DNA of 64,000 nucleotides from a virus. Its lineage: Duplodnaviria; Caudoviricetes. Numbering within the stretch: position 1 is the first letter of the stretch; each line of letters starts with the position of its first letter. The stretch covers positions 64,001-128,000 of IMG/VR virus record IMGVR_UViG_3300001598_001658. One strand, written 5' to 3'. Under the pieces are notes generated by a model. It was not told the origin of the DNA. It searched no databases and saw only the letters and a list, made by a program, of their open reading frames with translations. A program made the position numbers and the translations under genes. This document shows, piece by piece, positions 52,541-59,682 of this stretch.

Positions 52541-52593
52541 TTTTATGTCCTCCATGGAGATTTTTGTAAGAGTTTTTTAAAACGCGTCTTGAA

Positions 52594-53988
52594 TCATTTG
52601 GTATTTTGAGCACTCTTTGACAACTCAAAATATTTTTCCAATTCTGATATTAAATCCTCAAATTGAGTCATGTACAGCGAATAACGAATCAACGAATCGT
52701 GAATTGGAACCGTATATGAATTTTTCAAAGCATCGCCAACAAAAGAATCAAGTTCAATCAACTTTTTGACCACGACGTTAGATTTAAATTGATCCAATCT
52801 AAGTAATACTTTGTCAATCTGACTTTTAAGCTCATTAAATTCAATAGAAACTTTTTCTTTACTGTTGATTTCGGCAAATGGATTTTGACCAGCGATCTTT
52901 GGTTTTGAAGATGATCCAGATGAATCAGAACTAGATGAATCATCGTTAGAATCATCACCGTCATCCATTCCATCTTCTCCATCTCCACCAAAATCATCGC
53001 CACCCATATCATCTTCACCTTCTTCGTCACCAGATTCGGCTTCGAATTCATCTTCAGTAGCGTCTGTTTCTTCTCCTTCTTGGTTTTCTTCTTCACTATT
53101 TTCGTCTTCGGAGTTTTCACTCATTCCATCGGCAATAGCTTCTGTAGACCTAAAAGGATTTATACTTATTTGTTCTTCTATATTATATGTATTTTCGTTA
53201 TTTTCTAAACTCTTTTTGAAGTCTTCATCAAAGAGATTTGAGAATATATAGTCCTCTTTACCTCGTTTATAATTAGAATAATCAATGAGTTTTTCATATT
53301 TAACGAAAATAGAATAACCTGTACCATAATTTTCATCACCTGCAGATTCTGCAACATAAATTTTAATATCTTTTTCTGTTCCAGATTCTTTAAGTTTTAT
53401 TCTTTCTATTACAGCTTCTGCTAATTTTTTAAATGCTCTTTCGATAGTACGTTTAGCAGATGAATATTCAACATCGATTTTTTCATCAATAACTTTATCT
53501 TCTGTAATATTAAAACGAACTCTAAGTTTTTTATCTACATAACATGTGATTGCTTCAATTTCAAATTCTTTTGCAGATGTATTAAAAAGTTCTTTATTTC
53601 TTGAAATTGTTAAATTTACAAGATGTTCAATATCTTTTTTATTCATTACATCAACATAACCAAAAAGTGGAGTGTATGGACCACCAATATTATTTTTCAA
53701 TTCTTCAGAAGCAACTTCAGCAATCTGTTTAATTAATTGAATTATTTCTGGTTTTTGTTTATCCTCAAATCTAAATAAAGGAAGAGGAACTGTTCCAATA
53801 ATATCTCTTTCGGCTTTTCTCTGTTCAAAAATATCTTTTTCAATAGAATTATCCGAATCGAGATTATCAACTTTAATTGTTTCTTCAGATGGATTTGAAG
53901 AAACCGAAATTGTTTTATCCATAACTACTTTTTTTTCTTCAGTACCGTGACTAAATTCGCCACTTACAAATCTATCTAAGAAATTCAT
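52594..53988 (-). CDS. putative scaffold / head assembly protein
   Basis: Immediately upstream of the capsid gene; long D/E/G/S low-complexity tract; GTE/GKE/STE motifs; late motif at 54021-54010. Confidence 0.5.
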   Translation of the reverse strand: MNFLDRFVSGEFSHGTEEKKVVMDKTISVSSNPSEETIKVDNLDSDNSIEKDIFEQRKAERDIIGTVPLPLFRFEDKQKPEIIQLIKQIAEVASEELKNNIGGPYTPLFGYVDVMNKKDIEHLVNLTISRNKELFNTSAKEFEIEAITCYVDKKLRVRFNITEDKVIDEKIDVEYSSAKRTIERAFKKLAEAVIERIKLKESGTEKDIKIYVAESAGDENYGTGYSIFVKYEKLIDYSNYKRGKEDYIFSNLFDEDFKKSLENNENTYNIEEQISINPFRSTEAIADGMSENSEDENSEEENQEGEETDATEDEFEAESGDEEGEDDMGGDDFGGDGEDGMDDGDDSNDDSSSSDSSGSSSKPKIAGQNPFAEINSKEKVSIEFNELKSQIDKVLLRLDQFKSNVVVKKLIELDSFVGDALKNSYTVPIHDSLIRYSLYMTQFEDLISELEKYFELSKSAQNTK

Positions 53989-54086
53989 AGTTGTTCTCCA
54001 TATATAATATAATAAAATGTTAAAAATATTAATCTATATTTTATAGAAAAAATTAAAAGGTAGGTGATAAACCTACCTTTTAATTA

Positions 54087-56183
54087 TTATTTGTCTAAGA
54101 AATTAAATAATCTGTTGCTTCTGATATTAGGTAAAATATTTTCTTCTTCCTTTCTTGTTTGACCTAATTTATCTTCTTCATTTACAGATGTATTATCAAA
54201 TACGAGTGCACAAAGATAACGTGCAATAAGACACTTAATAAATACGTTAAAATAGATATCGAATCTATCTTCTGTTTTTTCACATTTAAAAATATCAGAA
54301 ATATTATTTGAAAGTACTTTTGCAAGTTTTGAATTGTGTATCATATTATAATTCATTTCATCAGATTTCATATTTACAAGTTCGTCCATAGCTTTCTGTT
54401 GATAATCTGTTTCAAGTACATAATTGATATACTTATGATTATAACTTTCGCTATTTTCCATAGCAGATAAGAAGAACTGAATGAAAGAAATTTTACATTC
54501 ATTTAAAAGCTTAACGTTTTCATCATATTCTTCATAATTCATTTCTGTGATTGTTTTAAGTGAACCTGCATAATTGATCGGATATGTATTAAAATTTCTA
54601 ATAGAGTCTTTTGCAGCAGATAAATCAGATTCGTTTGAATTTACGGCTTCGACAGGATAAGAATTTTCAATAGTGTTCAAAATCCAATATGGTTCATCAT
54701 CATTTTCTTTTGAATTAATTTCTGTTTTATACACATATTCATTATAGTTATAAATGCTATATTTTACATATGCTTCAGCTTTAATATCTTTAGCTACTTT
54801 ACGAATGTCTGGACAATAGATCCCTGTTCCAAGATTATAAGCATATCCTGAAATAAACCATTCTTTATAAAGTTGTACCATAATAGCTTCCGCCTGATAT
54901 AATCCGAGAGCAGCCTGTTCTTTAGCTGCACCAGATTTACTATTCTTGAGTTTTCTAAATGCTGCAGCATAAACTGTAATCATAAAGAAATACTTTGGAG
55001 AAATAGTATGAGGCAACGCATAAGCAATATCATCAATAAAGTGATTATATAATACATCAATATCTGTAGCAGAAACTCCAGAATCATCAAGATAACATTC
55101 GAGTTTAGCATCTCCAACTTCTGGACATTCAAGATATTTTACAAGATATGCAGCCTGTGTACACATATCAGCGCAATCGTGATCTACAAGATATGAATCA
55201 AATACAGTAGGTTGTTTAATAACTGATACTTCTGATAAAATAGAGAGCATTGTTTTTGTACTCTTTCTTTCAAGACCAGATTGTGTAAGATATGAGATAT
55301 CGAGTTCAGATTCAATTTCAGTAAGATCCATTTTAGAAATCTTTTCGCCGATTAATACAAAAGGTGCAATAAATTTATCTGTAAATGAAATCCCAAGATG
55401 CGATTCGAAGAATTTTGTTACAAGATAATATGTATAAAGTAATGAGATAAGTTTATATTTATTTTCTCCATTTAAAATTTCAGATGAAATAATTCTATCA
55501 CCAAATACATCAATAGTATGTGTATTACCATCAGAATATAAAGCTTCGAGGGAAATTCCAAATTTTTCAGATAAATTAATAAATACACCAGTAAGGTATG
55601 CTGTCAATGACAAATATGTAAGACTTAAAACTTCGCCAAATTCAAAATATGGTTTTTCGCATTTGATAGATTTTTCATACATATAACTTACATCATCAAC
55701 AAGTCTGCTGATCTGAAGATGATTTTTTTCATCTGTAGATTTTGCATATGAACCCGAAACAAATTCTTTAATTCCGATAGCAGCCATATACTGATCGAAG
55801 AATCTGTTAAATGCAATTCCAAGTTTATTGCATGTAATCATTTCTGGTGATTTGAAAATTGGATTTCCTTCATCATTAATTCTTACAATAGATGCTGCAA
55901 TTTCTGATAAAGCGGCTGAACCGTATGAATAGAAAAGTTTTCCGAATTCATTTACATTCAAAAGTGATTCTTTTGAAATAATAGATTCAGCATATTCATG
56001 ATCAAGAATTGGTGCTTCTGAAGGTACAACATCAAATACTTCAGCATCATATTCATTGTGTGCAACAACACGACCCATAGTTGGCTTAAAGTGATATCTT
56101 GGGTCACCAACTAATGAGTTAAAAATAATTTTGACATTATCAAATGGAAGTCCAAATTGATAACTAGGTCTAATACCACTCAT
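54087..56183 (-). CDS. putative virion protein (698 aa)
   Basis: Head module; late motif AACAATTAAATA at 56231-56220; SKE/SNE motifs. Confidence 0.5.
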   Translation of the reverse strand: MSGIRPSYQFGLPFDNVKIIFNSLVGDPRYHFKPTMGRVVAHNEYDAEVFDVVPSEAPILDHEYAESIISKESLLNVNEFGKLFYSYGSAALSEIAASIVRINDEGNPIFKSPEMITCNKLGIAFNRFFDQYMAAIGIKEFVSGSYAKSTDEKNHLQISRLVDDVSYMYEKSIKCEKPYFEFGEVLSLTYLSLTAYLTGVFINLSEKFGISLEALYSDGNTHTIDVFGDRIISSEILNGENKYKLISLLYTYYLVTKFFESHLGISFTDKFIAPFVLIGEKISKMDLTEIESELDISYLTQSGLERKSTKTMLSILSEVSVIKQPTVFDSYLVDHDCADMCTQAAYLVKYLECPEVGDAKLECYLDDSGVSATDIDVLYNHFIDDIAYALPHTISPKYFFMITVYAAAFRKLKNSKSGAAKEQAALGLYQAEAIMVQLYKEWFISGYAYNLGTGIYCPDIRKVAKDIKAEAYVKYSIYNYNEYVYKTEINSKENDDEPYWILNTIENSYPVEAVNSNESDLSAAKDSIRNFNTYPINYAGSLKTITEMNYEEYDENVKLLNECKISFIQFFLSAMENSESYNHKYINYVLETDYQQKAMDELVNMKSDEMNYNMIHNSKLAKVLSNNISDIFKCEKTEDRFDIYFNVFIKCLIARYLCALVFDNTSVNEEDKLGQTRKEEENILPNIRSNRLFNFLDK

Positions 56184-56219
56184 ATTTTATATCTCCTATT
56201 AATTAATTTTAATACTACA

Positions 56220-56250
56220 TATTTAATTGTTTTTTCAAAACAATTCTATA
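56220..56250. promoter_or_regulatory. divergent pair of AACA-N6-TA late-type promoter motifs
   Basis: Minus strand AACAATTAAATA (56231-56220); plus strand AACAATTCTATA (56239-56250). Confidence 0.65.
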
Positions 56251-56286
56251 TATATTAATATTTTAAGTAATTTAGGAGATTATAAA

Positions 56287-57189
56287 ATGGAAACAATAAT
56301 CAGCTCTAAAAAACAAAGCTTGATCGATTTTAATAAACCATTTTTATGCTCTGTTGAAGGATATGAACCTAAACCAATTACTCAAATCATGGACGTTGTA
56401 GATGAAAAGAAACGCATTGTAAATACTCGTCTTGCTGAATGTAATGGTATTTCCCGCAACAGATCTTTTTATGGTTTGGAAGAAGTTCTTCAATCTTTGA
56501 ATAATTCAAAATATGTTCAAGAATCAATTGCTCAAGGCTTGTGGTTAGGCGAACTTGAACATCCAGATAGAAATTGCGATCTTTCTCGTTTTATGAAAAT
56601 TGATAATAATCGTGTTTCTCATAAAATTTACAAATACTGGTCTGAGGGCGATTTCTTAATGGGTCGTGTTCAGTTCATTCCTCCAATGGGAGATATCGTA
56701 TGGCGTTGGATTACTGAAGCCGATATGAATATGGCATTCTCTCTTCGTATTTATACACCAAACTATATTAAGAAAAAGGATGGTAATGGTGTTGAATATG
56801 TAGAAAAGAAATTTCCTATGTTCCCAGTTACATTCGATGCTGTTAAAACACCTGGATATGAAAATGTACGCCTTGTTGATCCTAAACGCTTTGCTGCACA
56901 GAATCAATTCTACGTTTCAAATGGTCGTGCAGAAAATGGTACAGAAAACTATATCATCGACTGGTTTGATCCTAAATCATCAGAACACTTAAAAGATCTT
57001 TTAAATTCAACTTCACAGGAAGATTTAAATATCGTTGGCGATCTTTTTGATATGGATATGCAGAAAGCACGTGCAGTTCTTGATCCAGATTCATTAAAAA
57101 TAAAATTTTCTCAGGAAGATGGACGTGAAGTTTCTATGAACTTAAATGCGTTCATGTTCAACAACATCATGAATAAAACAATGAGATAA
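56287..57189 (+). CDS. prohead (head maturation) protease, T4 gp21/phiKZ gp175-like
   Basis: RNRSFY, LGELEHP (His), AFSLR (Ser) and TFDAVKTPG (Asp) motifs; likely start ATG 56287 after AGGAG. Confidence 0.9.
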   Translation: METIISSKKQSLIDFNKPFLCSVEGYEPKPITQIMDVVDEKKRIVNTRLAECNGISRNRSFYGLEEVLQSLNNSKYVQESIAQGLWLGELEHPDRNCDLSRFMKIDNNRVSHKIYKYWSEGDFLMGRVQFIPPMGDIVWRWITEADMNMAFSLRIYTPNYIKKKDGNGVEYVEKKFPMFPVTFDAVKTPGYENVRLVDPKRFAAQNQFYVSNGRAENGTENYIIDWFDPKSSEHLKDLLNSTSQEDLNIVGDLFDMDMQKARAVLDPDSLKIKFSQEDGREVSMNLNAFMFNNIMNKTMR

Positions 57190-57193
57190 AATT

Positions 57194-57955
57194 ATGGAGA
57201 GCGCTATGGTTACGATGAATTTATTATTATTTCATCTAAAAGATGAATTGGGTGAGCCAATTTATAATACACAGAAACCAAGCTTCTACGAAGATATCTT
57301 AAATAAAAAAACTTTATTATTCTGGAGTACATATTTTCCAAAGATTGTAAAAGGAATTGAAATCAAACAAGAAGATGCTATTCCTTTAAAGAATCCTCAA
57401 ACTGGAACTATGTGTACTTCTGGAATGTATAAAGTACCTAAATTTAATCCTAATGACGAATATATAAATTTTGAACAGGTTTTTTATCCTGGAAATTTAA
57501 ATATGAATCAAGCTAGTAGTAATCTACCAGCTTTAAATGGTTTGTTAGGTCAAGTATCCGATTATCTACCAAATTCACAATATTATGGAGTTGATAGATA
57601 CAGTTTTTCTTTTATGGCTCCTGATATTTTAACAATCGATCCTATACCGATGAAACATTTAAATTTCACAGTAAATATGCAAAGACTTGTTAGATTAACA
57701 GAAGTTCCTACATATTATTTCGAACCTTTTAAAAATCTCTTTTTAGCTGATTGTAAAATTTCTTTATATAATAAATATAAACACATCTCTGAAGGTGGTA
57801 CTACTACTTATCAGGGTGTTGAAATTACAACAGAACTTCTTTCTAGTCTTAAAGAAGGAAAAGACGAACGAAAGGAATCGATAGAATTATTTGAAAAGAA
57901 TTACTGGAAAGATGCTAGTAGATTTGGTTCATTTCTTAATTATGATGCACCTTAA
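57194..57955 (+). CDS. putative head-completion / neck protein
   Basis: Co-transcribed with the protease; TL..WSTYFP and FKNLFLADCK patterns loosely resemble neck proteins. Confidence 0.4.
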   Translation: MESAMVTMNLLLFHLKDELGEPIYNTQKPSFYEDILNKKTLLFWSTYFPKIVKGIEIKQEDAIPLKNPQTGTMCTSGMYKVPKFNPNDEYINFEQVFYPGNLNMNQASSNLPALNGLLGQVSDYLPNSQYYGVDRYSFSFMAPDILTIDPIPMKHLNFTVNMQRLVRLTEVPTYYFEPFKNLFLADCKISLYNKYKHISEGGTTTYQGVEITTELLSSLKEGKDERKESIELFEKNYWKDASRFGSFLNYDAP

Positions 57956-57960
57956 AAATA

Positions 57961-57996
57961 AAAAAAAGAAACTCCGGAGATATTCTCCGGAGTTTC
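57961..57996. terminator. terminator ending the minus-strand RNA cluster
   Basis: GAAACTCCGGAGA / TCTCCGGAGTTTC with a long A-run on the left (U-tract on the minus strand). Confidence 0.8.
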
Positions 57997-58000
57997 AAAT

Positions 58001-58460
58001 TTGTCTAGTTCTCGTATAGACACTGATCAATCAGAAATGCAGGCTGTCGAGGAATCTACCTATATGGTAGCCCTTGCAGAAGTTCCGACTTACAATCCAA
58101 AACCAGACGCATTCCTCCTCTTCATTTTCTTATTCGCGATCGAGCCTCACCGCGCTCATAGGAATGCTGATTATTTATTTCTACTCCCTCAAGTATTCTA
58201 TTTTCATAGCTTACTTAATATCTCTGTAGAAACTAACTGAATTCTACTTTCAAATGGATGGACTACGTTCCACTTTACTATTTCGAAGATTCTCAACGCA
58301 TGCGAATTCTGCTACATACGTACATTATCAGCTGTCGCTGAATCTTATAAGGAATAATATAAACATTTGGGTCACTAATTTACTCGCCTCGTATAATTAA
58401 CTCAGATTCATTGCTAATCATATAAAGTTTTCTAAAAGCCTTCTTCTGTTCCCATATTTG
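58001..58460 (-). ncRNA. large structured ncRNA candidate (possibly ROOL/GOLLD-class)
   Basis: No credible ORF, raised GC, many helices (TGAATCT/AGATTCA, GTAGAA/TTCTAC, GCATTCCT/AGGAATGC, CTACC/GGTAG, TGTCTA/TAGACA); downstream of tRNAs. Confidence 0.55.
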
Positions 58461-58494
58461 TCATTAAAATTAGATAAAGATAAAAATCGATATA

Positions 58495-58845
58495 AATATC
58501 AACGTTCATCTCTAGTCCGTCTAATTAATACTTGTCCGACATCAACAGAAGTATCGATGTCCTTAATCATAAAGTGCTTACCCAATGGCATCACATTCCT
58601 TATGATAAGACTATTTGACGACAATAGCGCTGTTTCGAGCATGGTGCACTCCACCACAATCCATTCGAGTTGAAACAATTTAAAAATCATCTCTTTTAAC
58701 ACATCTCGTGATCTCGTTGTTTTCAGAGAATTGCTCGTTTCTCTATTACACCTTTTTACCACTTGATTCTTATGAACAGTCCAACGAACATAAGCAGGAC
58801 AACTATTGTGTGTAATACAAATCCCATCTAGCAGTGCCAGATGAT
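58495..58845 (-). ncRNA. structured ncRNA candidate (separate RNA or 5' domain of the preceding one)
   Basis: Helices CATCTGGC/GCTAGATG, TATTACAC/GTGTAATA, CTTATG/CATAAG, AGAGAA/TTCTCT, ATCATAAGG/CTTTATGAT, GACATCGATA/TGTTGATGTC. Confidence 0.55.
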
Positions 58846-58848
58846 TAG

Positions 58849-58919
58849 CTCGGCCAGCAGGATTTGAACCCGCGAATTCGGCACCAAAAGCCGATGGCAT
58901 ACCGCTTACCGACAGCCGA
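58849..58919 (-). tRNA. tRNA-Gln (UUG)
   Basis: Cloverleaf with anticodon arm TCGGC-TTTTGGT-GCCGA and T-arm GCGGG-TTCAAAT-CCTGC; no encoded CCA. Confidence 0.9.
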
Positions 58920-58932
58920 AAAAATAAAAAGC

Positions 58933-59015
58933 GAAGAGATAGCCGTTAAAAGAAGTCTACATCGTTTATTGCCTCCAAGAGCGTAACTACTCCTGTGTTT
59001 AATAACTATCTCTTC
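58933..59015 (-). ncRNA. stem-closed small RNA candidate (83 nt)
   Basis: Terminal stem GAAGAGATAG/CTATCTCTTC extendable with G-U pairs on the minus strand. Confidence 0.55.
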
Positions 59016-59034
59016 TAGCAGCAACGCTGCCTAT

Positions 59035-59158
59035 CGGCCACTGTACGAATTGAACGCACACTTTTATATGCAAACAGGGCTTAAAGATTACAACAGATAC
59101 AGTAGAAGTATCTCTCTTAGTTTGCACATAATGTAGCTACCATTACTACCAAAAGGCC
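59035..59158 (-). ncRNA. tRNA-like RNA with a greatly extended anticodon arm (124 nt)
   Basis: Acceptor GGCCTTT/AGTGGCC, D-arm GTAG-TAATGGTAG-CTAC and T-arm GTGCG-TTCAATT-CGTAC; a 68-nt arm replaces the 17-nt anticodon arm. Confidence 0.75.
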
Positions 59159-59170
59159 AAAAATAAAATA

Positions 59171-59243
59171 TGAATCGGATAACCGGAAAATCAAAACCAA
59201 ATTTATATAGGAGTCTAAATGACAAAGTTAGCTATCCGATTCA
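59171..59243 (-). ncRNA. stem-closed small RNA candidate (73 nt)
   Basis: Terminal stem TGAATCGGATA/TATCCGATTCA, extended by 3 pairs on the minus strand; U-rich loop. Confidence 0.55.
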
Positions 59244-59247
59244 AATA

Positions 59248-59320
59248 TGGGCCACCTAGGATTTGAACCTAGGACCAAAGGATTATGAGTCCCCTGCTCT
59301 AACCACTGAGCTAGTGGCCC
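59248..59320 (-). tRNA. tRNA-Ile2 (CAU, lysidine-type); Met not fully excluded
   Basis: GGGCCACTAGCTCAGTGGTTAGAGCAGGGGACTCATAATCC... closely resembles bacterial ileX-type tRNAs. Confidence 0.85.
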
Positions 59321-59325
59321 AAGAA

Positions 59326-59450
59326 ATGACAGCCTTGACATATTGTCTTCATCTGTCTGTAACCCCCGGAAAAGCGACACGATCGCATATACATCGAATG
59401 CATATTGGTTATTCCTAGTTCTTGTATACATCCACGTGCAATCATGTCAT
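59326..59450 (-). ncRNA. multi-branched small RNA candidate (125 nt)
   Basis: Closing stem ATGACA/TGTCAT; inner hairpins ATATGCAT/ATGTATAT and GCGA/TCGC within GGAA/TTCC. Confidence 0.45.
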
Positions 59451-59502
59451 ATACTACTATGCTCCAAATTCTTTTGAAGAGATTTATGTTGCATCGCATA
59501 GA

Positions 59503-59589
59503 TGCCGAGAACCAGACTTGAACTGGCACGCTGTTTGCACAGCAAGGGATTTTAAGTCCCTGGTGTCTACCAAATTCCACCATCTCGGC
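59503..59589 (-). tRNA. tRNA-Leu (UAA)
   Basis: Class II cloverleaf with anticodon arm AGGGA-CTTAAAA-TCCCT and long variable arm GCTGT-GCAA-ACAGC. Confidence 0.95.
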
Positions 59590-59606
59590 TCAATTTTATT
59601 TTTTAA

Positions 59607-59650
59607 ATAAAAGGACAAGGAACACAGGAGGTTATGCGTATTCCTTGCCC
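59607..59650 (-). terminator. terminator-like hairpin with a 12-nt loop after the HU-like gene
   Basis: GGGCAAGGAATAC-GCATAACCTCCT-GTGTTCCTTGTCC-TTTTATTT on the minus strand. Confidence 0.65.
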
Positions 59651-59682
59651 AAAGGAGTATTTAATGGAATGTTAGAAGATCA

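Noticed and set aside
52900-53130. Low-complexity repeat-like DNA
   Set aside because: Simply encodes the D/E/G/S-rich linker of the putative scaffold protein
58001-58845. tmRNA, RNase P RNA or group I intron identity
   Set aside because: No tRNA-Ala-like ends, no GAGGAAAGUCC motif, no recognisable group I core and no interrupted host gene
59095-59113. CUA-centred 7-nt loop as an amber suppressor, implying TAG recoding
   Set aside because: The hairpin is far out of anticodon geometry and position 37 is not a purine. Long genes translate uninterrupted in the standard code, and the TAG in the queC-like gene needs a frame change rather than read-through.
58001-59610. ORF-track proteins 58001-58240, 58458-58673, 58499-58900, 59228-59431, 59311-59583, 59422-59610
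   Set aside because: They overlap tRNAs or structured RNA, lack RBSs and have atypical composition
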